Assembly: GCA_903893565.1 (NCBI GenBank)
Contig: CAITMU010000105.1
Span: forward strand, 41,178-105,177
Length of the DNA: 64,000 bases
Direction: 5' to 3'
Origin: an uncultured beta proteobacterium
Lineage (GTDB): Bacteria > Pseudomonadota > Gammaproteobacteria > Burkholderiales > SG8-41
The position numbers and the translations under genes were made by a program. The stretch's first letter is position 1, and every line of letters starts with the position of its first letter. Under the pieces are notes generated by a model. The model worked only from the letters and a program-made list of their open reading frames with translations, searched no databases and was not told the origin of the DNA. This document shows, one piece after another, positions 30,488 to 41,864 of this stretch.

Positions 30488-31957
30488 CTATTGCACCGTC
30501 CCACCCACCGTGAGGCCATCAATTCTCAAAGTCGGCTGCCCCACTCCCACCGGAACACTTTGACCTTCTTTACCACAAGTGCCCACCCCGGGGTCCAACG
30601 ACATATCATTACCAATGAGCACAACCCGAGTCAATGCATCCGGACCATTCCCAATCAAGGTCGCGCCCTTGACCGGTCGGGTCACTTTACCATTTTCAAT
30701 TAAATACGCCTCTGAGGCAGAAAAAACAAATTTTCCGCTGGTGATATCCACCTGCCCACCACCGAAATTAACCGCATAAAGTCCATTTTGAACAGAGGCG
30801 ATAATCTCCCCCGGTTCGCGCGCCCCATTGAGCATGTAGGTGTTGGTCATACGAGGCATCGGAATATGGGCAAACGATTCTCGTCGACCATTTCCCGTGG
30901 GGGCCACCTTCATTAATCGAGCATTCAAACTGTCCTGTAAATACCCTTTCAATACGCCATCCTCTATCAACACATTACACTGGGTCTGATTCCCCTCATC
31001 ATCAATGTTTAGTGAACCACGCCTTGATTGCAGCGTACCATCATCAACCACTGTCACCCCCGACGAGGCTACTCGCTCACCCACCCGGCCGCTAAAAGCG
31101 GAGGTGCCCTTGCGATTAAAATCTCCCTCTAGGCCATGACCAATGGCCTCATGCAACAACACTCCGGGCCATCCAGGCCCTAGCACCACGTTCATGGTGC
31201 CAGCCGGGGCCGGTTGCGCCTCTAAATTGACTAACGCTTGATCCACGGCTTTTCGAGCATAGTCCTGCAATACGGCAGGACTGAAGTAATCGTAATTAAA
31301 TCGCCCACCGCCACCGGCACTGCCTTGTTCTCGCCGACCGTTTTGCTCCACAATGACCTGCACCGACATACGCACGAGCGGGCGAATATCGGCCGCCTGT
31401 GCACCATCGGAACGCGCCACCATCACCACCTCATACTCACCGGCTAAAGACGCCATCACTTGGCTGACTCGGGGATCTAGGCTTCTGGCAAAACGTTCGA
31501 CTTGCTCCAGTAGCTGTACCTTTTGAGGATCCTGCAAACTCGCCAAGGGATCGTGCGGCTGGTAAAGGCTTCGGCCCGATTGGCGCTTAGCCACGGGGGT
31601 CGTACTCGAGGCGCCCATACGGGCAATCGCTCGAGTCGCTTGCGCAGCCGCCCCTAAGGCTTCGAAACTAATGTCATCGGAATAGGCAAAGGCAGTTTTT
31701 TCGCCACTCACCGCTCGAACCCCCAATCCCTGATCAATATTAAAGCTTCCCGATTTAACAATACCCTCTTCCAAAGCCCATGACTCGCTACGACAATACT
31801 GAAAATACAAATCCGCATAATCGACCTGATGCTGCATAATTTGCCCAAACACGGCAGTCAATTGGGCGTCATTTAAGTCGTAGGGCTTTAGTAGCGTGTC
31901 ATACGCCGTGTCAAAAATACTGGAGGCCGTCATCTGGGTCGTATCAATTGAAGACAA
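30488..31957 (-). CDS. tldD: metalloprotease TldD
   Basis: [35 protein letters not shown]. Confidence 0.97.
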   Translation of the reverse strand: MSSIDTTQMTASSIFDTAYDTLLKPYDLNDAQLTAVFGQIMQHQVDYADLYFQYCRSESWALEEGIVKSGSFNIDQGLGVRAVSGEKTAFAYSDDISFEALGAAAQATRAIARMGASSTTPVAKRQSGRSLYQPHDPLASLQDPQKVQLLEQVERFARSLDPRVSQVMASLAGEYEVVMVARSDGAQAADIRPLVRMSVQVIVEQNGRREQGSAGGGGRFNYDYFSPAVLQDYARKAVDQALVNLEAQPAPAGTMNVVLGPGWPGVLLHEAIGHGLEGDFNRKGTSAFSGRVGERVASSGVTVVDDGTLQSRRGSLNIDDEGNQTQCNVLIEDGVLKGYLQDSLNARLMKVAPTGNGRRESFAHIPMPRMTNTYMLNGAREPGEIIASVQNGLYAVNFGGGQVDITSGKFVFSASEAYLIENGKVTRPVKGATLIGNGPDALTRVVLIGNDMSLDPGVGTCGKEGQSVPVGVGQPTLRIDGLTVGGTVQ

Positions 31958-31982
31958 AATGTTTCCTTTATCCGATTATGCG

Positions 31983-32846
31983 TTATTTCAAAATCCGGTG
32001 ACTTAATGCCGGCAAATTAGCCCTCAGTGCTCGACTGTGGGCAAGATCAATACGGGCCATCACCACTCCCTGTCCCGTCGCTAAGCGATTGACAACCACG
32101 CCCCACGGGTCGATCACCATTGAATCGCCATGGGTCTGACGTCCATTCTGATGCAACCCACCTTGTGCCGGCGCAATGAGGTAGGCGAGATTTTCAATCG
32201 CACGCGCCCGCAACAAAGTCTCCCAATGGGCGCGGCCAGTGGTCGCCGTAAAGGCCGCAGGCACCAAAATGATATCCACCCCTTGCATCGAACGATAAAG
32301 CTCTGGAAACCGTAAGTCATAACAAATGGACAGCCCCAAGCAACCAAAAGGCGTTTGAAGGGTCACTAGTTGGTTCCCAGGCTCAATCGTGCGAGCCTCA
32401 TGATACTGTTCTTCCCCCATCTGAAAACCAAACAAGTGGATCTTGTCATAGCGCGCCACCTGTTCACCCCGATGATCAAAAACTAAGCAACTATTTCTGA
32501 CTCGCCCAGGATCCTTGCACATCAACGGGACCGATCCCCCAACAATCCATATGCCATGCAACTTAGCGGCGGCGGATAAAAAGGCCTGGATCGGCCCCTC
32601 ACCTTCTTTCTCACGCACGGCAACCTTATCCGTATCTTGCAATCCCATAATAGCAAAGTATTCCGGTAATGCCACCAATCGCGCCCCCAGACTCGCCGCC
32701 TGGGCTATCAGTAAGCCTGCCTGAATCAGATTATCTTGCACACTGGCCGAGGAGACCATTTGTAGGGCAGCGACTTGAAATACATCGTCACCCTGAGCGG
32801 GTGGGGTTACCTGCGTGCCAGCAATCAGCGATCGGTCCATGAACAC
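31983..32846 (-). CDS. carbon-nitrogen hydrolase (Nit1-like deaminated glutathione amidase)
   Basis: LPEYF, YDKIHLF, ICYDLRFPE, RARAIEN. Confidence 0.93.
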   Translation of the reverse strand: MFMDRSLIAGTQVTPPAQGDDVFQVAALQMVSSASVQDNLIQAGLLIAQAASLGARLVALPEYFAIMGLQDTDKVAVREKEGEGPIQAFLSAAAKLHGIWIVGGSVPLMCKDPGRVRNSCLVFDHRGEQVARYDKIHLFGFQMGEEQYHEARTIEPGNQLVTLQTPFGCLGLSICYDLRFPELYRSMQGVDIILVPAAFTATTGRAHWETLLRARAIENLAYLIAPAQGGLHQNGRQTHGDSMVIDPWGVVVNRLATGQGVVMARIDLAHSRALRANLPALSHRILK

Positions 32847-32902
32847 TCTCTTTTATCGCATGTTAAAAAACATCTGAGGCCCTACTTTCGTTAACACAGA
32901 CC

Positions 32903-35900
32903 TCAAGGGGCTTTAGGGGCGGACTCTGACGGTCTAGGCGCCGTCGCCTTAGTAACGATGGGCTCATTCCAACTACCCGTTACATCATATCGATAGGCTA
33001 AGAGCTCATCCAATGGATCTTTAAGGAACTTTTGTCCAAGCACCATGCCAATACCCGCAATCGGTCCGACCGCCAAGGCCCCCACGACAGATACCCCATC
33101 AGAAAGATGCGGATTGACTTTGACGTGCAAATTTTGAGTCTCTTCCTTCAAGTCGGCCGATCCATTGATGGCGACACGGGTAGCCGTACTGTTTAATTTA
33201 AAATCATCCGTATGCAACACCCCTTTATCCATTTTGACACTGGCTTGAATCACATCAAAGGAAAGTCCTTCGCTAAAAATATCACGAAAATCCAAACTTA
33301 AGCGTCGAGGCAACGATTGTAGACTGAGAATACCCAATAATTTACCGATCCCGGGGCGCATTTTTAAAAATTGTCCCTTCGAAGCCTGTAAATTAAATTC
33401 CCCCGACAAAGTAGAGTAGTCTAATTGCTGGGGCGCTCCATTCCAATTAATCCCCCCCTCCAAAGTCGCCTCACCACGCGAGATACTGTCCGGATAGCCG
33501 AAACGGTCCAACATTTTGCCAATATCGTTGACCTTCAAACTGAGTTTTAATTTCGTTTTGGGATTAGCCATCCATGACTGCCACTGTCCCGTCGCATTCA
33601 AAATACTGTCTTCATTGGAAATTTTCAATTGATCAATAGACCAGTCTCGTCCCTGATAGGAGGCCTTTAATTCCAGTTTCCCCATGAGCTTTGTGCCCAA
33701 AATAAATTGATCCACCGTAATATCCAAAGCCGGCAAACTCGACTGCTCTTCGATCAACGATTTGGTTTTTGATTTCGACAAAGACTGCGTATTCAAAGAA
33801 TCATAGAGAGTGAATTTTTTAAATTTCGCGAATAAAAGTCCCTTACCCTTAGGCAGCCAATCCACACTCCCATCAATATCCGGATTATGAAGACTCATTT
33901 GGAAGTGAGTCGGATCGTTGAGCGCGCTGACGATCGAAAGATTAGAAAGCTTTCGATCTAACCACTGCGCTTGTCCAATTAAAACATCCACTCCGGCCAG
34001 CACGAAAGGCTCTTTTACTTTACCGCCACTGGAGCCACTACTATTGGTCGATAAATATTTCATCCAACCATCCAGATTCACCGATTTTAATCGGCCCGTC
34101 AGCCACAAGCCCTCTCTGGCCGGCGCACCGCTAGGCGCGCTCGGTGCCGCGCCACCAAAACTCACCACACCGCGATCAATCTGCGTACTTTTAAAGTCCC
34201 CCGAGCGATTCAATCGTGCGTCGATGAGATCCGCATACGTTAAACGCACCGTGTCTCGGCCATTACCGAGCACTTGACGCTCTATGCGTAAGTTAGCCCG
34301 TTCGTTGGGCAATTTGGTTAAGGGGGCCGGCAATGAGGAAGTGATCCCTAATAAATTAGACTCCAATACAATATCTACATCCTTTTTCTTAACACTCAAG
34401 CGCCCCCGCCACTCTGCACTACCCTGTAAGGCCTCCAACCATTCAGGCCCGCCCAGACGTCGTACTAACTCGGAATCAAAACGCCCGCGCAAAGCCAAAT
34501 TCAATAATCCATCCTTTTGGGTGTTACCTGAAAAGCTAAGGGGGCTATCATAAAAAACCGCATTTGCGTTCGTCAGCGTAGCTCCATTTTCATTAAATTC
34601 CAAACGGGCATTTAATTTTTCCAGGGGGGGCAAGCCTTGATCAATGCCCCACTTATTGTTGCTCACTTGGAAAAGACCCGTAAACCGACTATGCGCCAAG
34701 TCGGACAGGGGTAGCTCCAATTTCAAGCTCAACTTGCCTGCGCCTTCTGCGTTCATGTCGCTGGTAAAGTGATTAATGTAACCGGACACCGGACTAGAAT
34801 CGACAAAGCGCAAAAACTCACTACTCGCCCCTTCAGCCTGCGCCGATAAGCTCACCACCTTGCCTCTGGGAATCGTCAAATCGGCAATGTCAGCACTGAT
34901 TTGGGATAATTTCAAGCCGAAAAAATTAGCCGATGTTGCCATCACATTCATACGCTTACCCATGAACGTGAGCGTGCCGTTGATGTTTTCCAAATTTGGC
35001 CATGCATTGGCATAATGCAAGACCCCCCCTTGAATTTTGGAAACCACCTGGAACACCCCTTGGCGTTCGTTGGCAAAGGGAAAGTCTTTTAAATTACCCT
35101 GGACTTTAAAATGGGTATCGTTTGATTCTCCCCCCAAAAAAGCCGCTTCAAGCCAAGGTCTTGCAGTGCGACCCAAGGCCATGGGCAGATAGCGCGTCAA
35201 AGAGGCTGCACTCACTTTATCAAAGTGCCCTTGCATATCTATTCGTCCGGGTTGCCCTACAGACGACTCATAATCGGCACTCACCTGCCCCGATACATCT
35301 TTATTCTTGACGTCGATTTGGGAGAAATGCCACAAAAAACCGGCACCCTGTCGTTGCCAATTCACATTAGAACGAAAGGAATCGAAGGCAAGATTTTCTT
35401 GAAAAACGCTGGGCCAATGAAGGTGCAAATTCTTGCCCTCGATTTGGGCATTACCACTTTTATCGTTTAGATTAATTAATCCACTCAAACCCGTGACGCC
35501 GGGAGATTTTTCTGAGGCTAAAATGGAAAAATCTTTTAATACCGCCTTAGCGGAATATTTTTTTATCTCAGGCCAACTCCCAGACCATTGCAAAGAGGCA
35601 TTAAATACACTGCCTTGCGGTGACAAGGACAACCATTGCTCTCGCAAGGCAGGAGACAACGCCACCTCCCCCAGTAAAGAAAACATGGAACGCAAATCCA
35701 ATTCATTCACATCCAACTGAGTTAACCCTACCTCCCCTTTTTCATTCCTATGGGTTTTGAACATCACGTTCATGGGATTAATACGTTGGTGACCGGTCAC
35801 ATCGAATACCAAATTTTGAGTGCTTATCTCAAAACCTTGCGACGTTTTTTTCCAATTCACATGCCCACTTAACTGAGCCAGATCCAAGGCAGGCCATTGT

Positions 35901-36784
35901 TCACTTTTATTCACGTGAAGTCGTGACAAAGTAAGATCAGCCAATACTTTACTCAATCCTTGAGGGGTGAAATCCACCTTCATACGTAACGATCCCTCCC
36001 CCTTTGTTACGTTCAAAGGAAAGTTAACCCAAGCCCCTAATGCCTCTAGGTTGACATACGCAAGTTGCCCTGTGAGTTGACCGCTCCACTGCGAAAAATT
36101 TTGTGCCGACCGCCCCACCCAATCCCCGCTTAAATGGAGGGCAGAAGACAGGCGACTCGGAGGAAGCGCGTAAAGCGCAAAACGATGATGCTTACCCTCA
36201 TTGTTCAAATGTAAGGCAAATTGCTCAAAGCGTAATGTCGGCGCACCCTTGAGTTCATCGGTCCAGTTCACAGTGGCATTGTGAATTTCGATATCATTTT
36301 GATCGAAGACCCAATCGAGAAACCCTCCCCCTTGACTGTCTTTGTTTAACTCGATCCCACCGACAGATAACATACCGGATCGATCGCGACGTATATCAAG
36401 CCTCGGATTGTAAAAGTCTAACGAATCTAATCGCAAACGGAGTTGCGCTAGGCTCAGCCAAGACACGGTGGTGTCAACTCGGTGTAATCGCAACGCGGCC
36501 CTACCCGCCTTATCATGGAGCACCACTTCGTCAAGCTTTAATAGAGGGTTTAAACCCTCCCAACCCGCACTGATATGCTCCACCGTCACCAATTGCCCCA
36601 TCGACTGACTCACCGATCGAGCAATCCAATCTTGGTAATTTTCAATGTGGGGTACGAACCAAAAGCGAACAAATAACGCGGCTAAAGCCAGTAAACCGGC
36701 AGCCACCAGCATCAAAACACCAAACTGACGTAAAAGCCAGCGGGTCGGATGCCAGATGAAACGGTTAAATCCCAGAATCGTCAC
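32903..36784 (-). CDS. yhdP: AsmA-like phospholipid transport protein YhdP
   Basis: 1293 aa, N-terminal TM anchor, C-terminal LLGILSLQSLPRRLSLDFRD...YDVTGSWNEP; synteny with nitrilase-tldD. Confidence 0.92.
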   Translation of the reverse strand: MTILGFNRFIWHPTRWLLRQFGVLMLVAAGLLALAALFVRFWFVPHIENYQDWIARSVSQSMGQLVTVEHISAGWEGLNPLLKLDEVVLHDKAGRAALRLHRVDTTVSWLSLAQLRLRLDSLDFYNPRLDIRRDRSGMLSVGGIELNKDSQGGGFLDWVFDQNDIEIHNATVNWTDELKGAPTLRFEQFALHLNNEGKHHRFALYALPPSRLSSALHLSGDWVGRSAQNFSQWSGQLTGQLAYVNLEALGAWVNFPLNVTKGEGSLRMKVDFTPQGLSKVLADLTLSRLHVNKSEQWPALDLAQLSGHVNWKKTSQGFEISTQNLVFDVTGHQRINPMNVMFKTHRNEKGEVGLTQLDVNELDLRSMFSLLGEVALSPALREQWLSLSPQGSVFNASLQWSGSWPEIKKYSAKAVLKDFSILASEKSPGVTGLSGLINLNDKSGNAQIEGKNLHLHWPSVFQENLAFDSFRSNVNWQRQGAGFLWHFSQIDVKNKDVSGQVSADYESSVGQPGRIDMQGHFDKVSAASLTRYLPMALGRTARPWLEAAFLGGESNDTHFKVQGNLKDFPFANERQGVFQVVSKIQGGVLHYANAWPNLENINGTLTFMGKRMNVMATSANFFGLKLSQISADIADLTIPRGKVVSLSAQAEGASSEFLRFVDSSPVSGYINHFTSDMNAEGAGKLSLKLELPLSDLAHSRFTGLFQVSNNKWGIDQGLPPLEKLNARLEFNENGATLTNANAVFYDSPLSFSGNTQKDGLLNLALRGRFDSELVRRLGGPEWLEALQGSAEWRGRLSVKKKDVDIVLESNLLGITSSLPAPLTKLPNERANLRIERQVLGNGRDTVRLTYADLIDARLNRSGDFKSTQIDRGVVSFGGAAPSAPSGAPAREGLWLTGRLKSVNLDGWMKYLSTNSSGSSGGKVKEPFVLAGVDVLIGQAQWLDRKLSNLSIVSALNDPTHFQMSLHNPDIDGSVDWLPKGKGLLFAKFKKFTLYDSLNTQSLSKSKTKSLIEEQSSLPALDITVDQFILGTKLMGKLELKASYQGRDWSIDQLKISNEDSILNATGQWQSWMANPKTKLKLSLKVNDIGKMLDRFGYPDSISRGEATLEGGINWNGAPQQLDYSTLSGEFNLQASKGQFLKMRPGIGKLLGILSLQSLPRRLSLDFRDIFSEGLSFDVIQASVKMDKGVLHTDDFKLNSTATRVAINGSADLKEETQNLHVKVNPHLSDGVSVVGALAVGPIAGIGMVLGQKFLKDPLDELLAYRYDVTGSWNEPIVTKATAPRPSESAPKAP

Positions 36785-36827
36785 TCGTTGCCTGTTAAAA
36801 TCTGAAAATGAAACACATCCCTGATGT

Positions 36828-39554
36828 GTGTCTCATTTTACTTTGTTTTCAAGGCCCATGGAATCAAAAAAATCTCCCACTGACGACGATATCCTGAAGG
36901 CCACCTCCCGTGCCAGAGATTTTAGTTTTTACTGCGAACGAAGCCTTCGCGCAAACCCTGAACTCCTACAGTGCGTAGCACTACAGGCTCCCCTCACGGT
37001 TGCCCCACTCGCCCATCGCATTAACAGCACCCATCCCACACACACGGTATCCGCGCGACTTCGCCTTCTACGACAACAAGTCTTGTGTGCCTTGATGATT
37101 CGGGATTTAGCCGGTTGGGCTGATTTAAACGAAGTCACAAGTGTGATGAGCCAACTGGCTGAATACGCACTGAAGGCCGCCCTGGAGCAAGCCACAGAAG
37201 AGTTGAGCCCACGATGGGGCCAACCCCTTGACAGCCAGGGTCAGGCCATGTCGTTGCATGTGATCGGCATGGGGAAATTGGGCGGGCGCGAACTCAATGT
37301 CTCTTCCGATATTGATCTGATTTTTGTTTTTCCAGAAGACGGCTTAATCGCAGGCCCTCAGCAGACCACCTATGAAGAGTATTTTAGCCGCGTCGGTCGA
37401 CGTTTAATGGGTCTACTCTCCGAGTTAACAGATCACGGATTTGTTTTTCGCGTCGATATGCGGCTCAGGCCATACGGCGAGAGCGGTCCGCTGGTCACAA
37501 GCTTTGAGTCACTGGAAAATTATTTTATTACTCAGGCACGCGAATGGGAGCGCTATGCTTGGATAAAAGCGCGATTAATCATTGGCGATCAACCCTTAAC
37601 CCTCTCCCAACTCGTCAATCCCTTCGTGTTTCGACGCCACCTTGATTACAGTGCATTTGAATCGCTTAGCCAGATGAAGCAACAAATTCGCGATGAGCTA
37701 CAACGCCGCGACCGGCAAGACAACATCAAGCTCGGACGAGGGGGCATTCGAGAAATCGAATTCATCGCACAAGTGTTTCAACTCACTCGAGGGGGGCATG
37801 ATGAGGCCCTACGCTGTCAGCCCACCCTCGACGTATTGGCCCTGCTCGAACAAAAAAACTTATTACCCCAAAAAGCCGTACAGGACTTACGCCACGCGTA
37901 TCGATTTTTAAGGCAATTGGAGCATCGCCTACAATACCGCGATGACCAACAAACCCACAATTTACCCTCCCAAGCACCAGACTTAGAGTCCATCAGTCAG
38001 GTCATGGGGTTTAGTCAATTGAGCCACTTTAGCCAATGTTTGGAACTACACCGCCACACAGTAGCGCAGCATTTTGACGCGCTTTTAGCGCCCCCTCTTG
38101 CCTCCTCGACGCCCCCCCCCCTCTCCGAGCAAGACAACACCCCCGAGCCTGCCACGCTCGATCCCACACTTTTCTTAGGTTTTGAGGATCCAGCAGAACT
38201 ACAAGCCATGTTGCTTCGTCTTCGGGATAGCGCCCGCTACCGCCAGATGCCGGCCAACAGTCAATATCGCCTCGATCGATTGCTGCCACGGGCTTTACGA
38301 AGTGCGGCGCGAGCTCAAAATCCAGACCTCACGTTCAAACGATTGGTCACTTTTTTCCAAGCCATTGCCCGGCGTGAATCCTATCTCGCCCTTCTCGAAC
38401 AATACCCCCAAGCCCTATTGAAATTAACGGATCTGGTTGATGCCAGCGCTTGGGTGGCCCAGTACTTAACCCAGTTTCCCATCCTCCTCGATGAATTGCT
38501 CGTTACCTCAAAACCCATTACCGCCGAAGATTGGCCCCAACTCGCCCAGACCTTAGATCAAAGCACCCAATTCGCAAAAAGCGAGGATCTTGAGCGACAA
38601 ATGGATGTTTTACGTCACTTCAAACATGCGCAAACCCTGCGCCTCATTGCCCAAGATATCGCTGGGGCATTGCCCCTAGAAACGTTAAGCGATCGCCTCT
38701 CCGAACTGGCCGCCTTGGTGCTCGAGCAAGTCTTATCCAATGCGTGGAATGAACTGACTCATCGACACTGCGAAAAAGCCCATTTTGCCATCATCGCCTA
38801 TGGCAAACTGGGCGGCAAGGAATTAGGCTACGCCTCCGATCTGGATCTGGTGTTTTTATATGATGATCCGGCGCCTGAAGCCAGAGACATTTATATTCGT
38901 CTTGCCAAACGCATCACTGCCTGGCTTTCAACGACAACGGCTGCCGGCCAACTCTATGAAATTGATTTACGGCTAAGGCCGGATGGCATCAGTGGATTTT
39001 TAGTCTGCTCTGTCGACCAATTCCAACACTATCAAAGGCAACAAGCATGGACCTGGGAGCAGCAGGCGTTAACCCGGGCCCGATGGGTGGCGGGTGACCC
39101 CGGAATTGCTACGCGCTTTGAGGCCATCCGAAAGCAACAACTGACCCAAGCCAGACCGTTGCCCGCTTTGCGTGAAGCGATCGTTTCTATGCGCGAAACC
39201 ATGCATTCTGCACACCCCAATAGCGGCACCCAATTCGACCTTAAACATGACCGGGGCGGCATAGTCGATGTGGAATTCATCGTGCAATACTTGGTCATGG
39301 GGTACGCTCACCAACACCCCGAACTCATGGACAACTTGGGTAATCTTGCGCTTTTACGATTAGCAGCCCAACTCGAGCTGCTGCCTCAAACACTCACCGA
39401 ATCGGTGATTAACGCCTATCGATGCTTTCGAAAGCGCCAGCACGCTTTACGTCTTCAGGACCAACGCTATGCGCGGGTCGACCCCGAGACCGTGCAACAA
39501 GAAACTAAATCCGTCGTGCAATTATGGAAAATCGTATTCGGCATAGCGCATTGA
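36828..39554 (+). CDS. glnE: bifunctional glutamine synthetase adenylyltransferase/deadenylylase
   Basis: Two nucleotidyltransferase repeats: GKLGGRELNVSSDIDL and GKLGGKELGYASDLDL. Confidence 0.96.
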   Translation: MSHFTLFSRPMESKKSPTDDDILKATSRARDFSFYCERSLRANPELLQCVALQAPLTVAPLAHRINSTHPTHTVSARLRLLRQQVLCALMIRDLAGWADLNEVTSVMSQLAEYALKAALEQATEELSPRWGQPLDSQGQAMSLHVIGMGKLGGRELNVSSDIDLIFVFPEDGLIAGPQQTTYEEYFSRVGRRLMGLLSELTDHGFVFRVDMRLRPYGESGPLVTSFESLENYFITQAREWERYAWIKARLIIGDQPLTLSQLVNPFVFRRHLDYSAFESLSQMKQQIRDELQRRDRQDNIKLGRGGIREIEFIAQVFQLTRGGHDEALRCQPTLDVLALLEQKNLLPQKAVQDLRHAYRFLRQLEHRLQYRDDQQTHNLPSQAPDLESISQVMGFSQLSHFSQCLELHRHTVAQHFDALLAPPLASSTPPPLSEQDNTPEPATLDPTLFLGFEDPAELQAMLLRLRDSARYRQMPANSQYRLDRLLPRALRSAARAQNPDLTFKRLVTFFQAIARRESYLALLEQYPQALLKLTDLVDASAWVAQYLTQFPILLDELLVTSKPITAEDWPQLAQTLDQSTQFAKSEDLERQMDVLRHFKHAQTLRLIAQDIAGALPLETLSDRLSELAALVLEQVLSNAWNELTHRHCEKAHFAIIAYGKLGGKELGYASDLDLVFLYDDPAPEARDIYIRLAKRITAWLSTTTAAGQLYEIDLRLRPDGISGFLVCSVDQFQHYQRQQAWTWEQQALTRARWVAGDPGIATRFEAIRKQQLTQARPLPALREAIVSMRETMHSAHPNSGTQFDLKHDRGGIVDVEFIVQYLVMGYAHQHPELMDNLGNLALLRLAAQLELLPQTLTESVINAYRCFRKRQHALRLQDQRYARVDPETVQQETKSVVQLWKIVFGIAH

Positions 39555-39616
39555 ATGCGTTAAAATACTTTTTTACATGATTTCGACGACTCACAAAAAT
39601 TTCTGGGAGCAGCAGT

Positions 39617-40543
39617 ATGTCTATGGCAGACCACGACGGACAAATTTGGTATGACGGTAAACTCGTCCCTTGGCGCAACGCCACCACCCATGTGCTCACC
39701 CACTCCCTACACTACGGCTTGGCCGTTTTTGAAGGCGTTAGAGCCTATAAAACCCCCCAGGGCACGGCTATTTTCCGTCTTCGTGAGCATACCCAACGAT
39801 TACTGAATTCGGCTCACATTTACATGATGAAAATCCCCTATGATTTAGACACGTTGATGGAGGCACAAAAAGAAGTGGTGCGTGCAAATCAACTCGAGTC
39901 CTGCTACATCAGACCGATTGCTTTTTACGGATCAGAAAAAATGGGCGTTTCACCCAAAGGCAACTCCGTTCACGTGGCCATTGCCGCCTGGCCCTGGGGC
40001 GCCTATCTTGGCGCCGAGGCGATTGAAAAAGGCATTCGCGTTAAAACCTCCTCTTTTGCCCGTCACCACGTCAATGTGTCAATGACCAGAGCTAAATATT
40101 CCGGCACCTATGCCAACTCTATTCTTGCCAATCTCGAGGCCACCGAACACGGCTACGATGAGGGCTTGCTGTTAGATGTCGATGGGTTTGTTGCTGAGGG
40201 TTCAGGGGAAAACCTCTTTATGGTCAAAGATGGGAAGATCTATGAACCAGAATTAACCAGCGCCTTAATTGGGATTACTCGTGACACGATCATCCAATTA
40301 GCCAAAGATTTAGGTTATACCGTCAGTTCCAAAAGAATCACCCGGGATGACTTATACATTGCCGATGAGGCTTTTTTCACCGGCACTGCCGCCGAAGTAA
40401 CGCCCATTCGCGAACTGGATGGGCGCACCATTGGCACCGGTCAGCGCGGCCCTTTGACTGAAAAACTACAAAACGCGTTCTTCAAACTCGTCAGTGGCCA
40501 ATCAGACGCACACCGAGAATGGCTCTCAGCCGTTCCCTTCTAA
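39617..40543 (+). CDS. ilvE: branched-chain amino acid aminotransferase
   Basis: HSLHYGLAVFEG, EGSGEN, GITR, TGTAAEV. Confidence 0.97.
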   Translation: MSMADHDGQIWYDGKLVPWRNATTHVLTHSLHYGLAVFEGVRAYKTPQGTAIFRLREHTQRLLNSAHIYMMKIPYDLDTLMEAQKEVVRANQLESCYIRPIAFYGSEKMGVSPKGNSVHVAIAAWPWGAYLGAEAIEKGIRVKTSSFARHHVNVSMTRAKYSGTYANSILANLEATEHGYDEGLLLDVDGFVAEGSGENLFMVKDGKIYEPELTSALIGITRDTIIQLAKDLGYTVSSKRITRDDLYIADEAFFTGTAAEVTPIRELDGRTIGTGQRGPLTEKLQNAFFKLVSGQSDAHREWLSAVPF

Positions 40544-40556
40544 GAGGCTCCACTTC

Positions 40557-40766
40557 ATGACCCCCACTCCCACGGAAAATAAATCCCGTCAGATTCAAGT
40601 CACGCACGAGGCCCTACCCCTGCACTGCCCGATGCCGGACATGGTACTGTGGAATGCTCACCCTCGCGTTTTCTTGGCGATTGAAAAAACGGGAGAAGCC
40701 CTCTGCCCTTATTGCGGTACGCACTACACCCTTGAGGGCGGAGCGGTCACCTCAGCGCACGGTTAA
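40557..40766 (+). CDS. zf-CHCC zinc-finger domain protein
   Basis: LHCP...HPRVF...CPYC; conserved position after ilvE. Confidence 0.88.
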   Translation: MTPTPTENKSRQIQVTHEALPLHCPMPDMVLWNAHPRVFLAIEKTGEALCPYCGTHYTLEGGAVTSAHG

Positions 40767-40790
40767 ATCACTTAACTGCGCGCCCCATCC

Positions 40791-41813
40791 ATGAAAATTT
40801 TGGTTGTCGCTCCGTCATGGGTGGGTGATATGGTTTTAGCCCACCCCCTGCTTCAGCGACTTCATCAAAAACATCCCGCTTTAACCCTTGACCTCTTAGC
40901 CCCGCCTGCCAGCCTAGGGGTTTGCGCTCGGATGCCCGAGGTTCACCAGACCATTGCCGCCGATTTCTCGCACGGTCAATGGGGCTTTATCAAACGATGG
41001 CAGTTGGCGCGTAGACTCCGAGAAAACGGCTACGATCAGGCTATCGTTTTACCCAACTCACTTAAATCGGCGTTGATTCCCTTTTGGGCCAATATTGCTC
41101 TACGCACCGGATTTCGAGGAGAAATGCGTTATGGGCTTTTAAATGACCTGCGTCTTTTGGACAAACAAAAACTCCCACAAATGGCCCAGCGCTTTGCGCT
41201 ACTAGCAGAAAAACCGAACCAACCCCTCCCCACCCCGCTACCCAACCCCTGCCTGACCGCACAGACCATTGAGCGCCATACCTATCAGAGTAAAAATTGG
41301 CCCATAGCACTGCGCCCTTTAGCGCTACTTTGCCCAGGCGCTGAATATGGCCCCGCTAAACGCTGGCCTACGGCCTACTTTGCTCGCCTGAGCCGCGAAC
41401 TGGACGCGCGAGGCTACGAGGTTTGGAGCATAGGGAGCCAGAAAGATAAACCACTGGGAGAGGAAATCCAAGCACTGAGTTCTGGACTTTGTCGCAATCT
41501 GTGTGGCCAAACCTCCTTAGTAGAGGCGATCGATCTGATCGCCACCGCTAGCCTGGTCGTCACCAATGACTCGGGGCTCATGCATGTGGCGGCAGCACTA
41601 CACCGCCCTTTGATTGCGCTGTATGGTTCCAGCAGCCCCCACTTCACCCCACCGCTATCAGACAAAGCGCACATTGTGAGCGAGTCACTCGCCTGTAGTC
41701 CGTGCTTTGAACGTGAATGTCCTCTGGGTCACTTCCAATGTATGAAGGCGATGAACCCAGAAAAGCTATTTGAATTCATTCCCAAAGTCCTCCCGACGGC
41801 ATCAATATCTTAA
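40791..41813 (+). CDS. waaF: lipopolysaccharide heptosyltransferase II
   Basis: PSWVGDMV, LPNSLKSA, PGAEYGPAKRWP, NDSGLMH. Confidence 0.96.
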   Translation: MKILVVAPSWVGDMVLAHPLLQRLHQKHPALTLDLLAPPASLGVCARMPEVHQTIAADFSHGQWGFIKRWQLARRLRENGYDQAIVLPNSLKSALIPFWANIALRTGFRGEMRYGLLNDLRLLDKQKLPQMAQRFALLAEKPNQPLPTPLPNPCLTAQTIERHTYQSKNWPIALRPLALLCPGAEYGPAKRWPTAYFARLSRELDARGYEVWSIGSQKDKPLGEEIQALSSGLCRNLCGQTSLVEAIDLIATASLVVTNDSGLMHVAAALHRPLIALYGSSSPHFTPPLSDKAHIVSESLACSPCFERECPLGHFQCMKAMNPEKLFEFIPKVLPTASIS

Positions 41814-41864
41814 AAAACACGACAAAGGTATGAACCTAAAATCCTGCGGCCCCTTCATTGAGCC

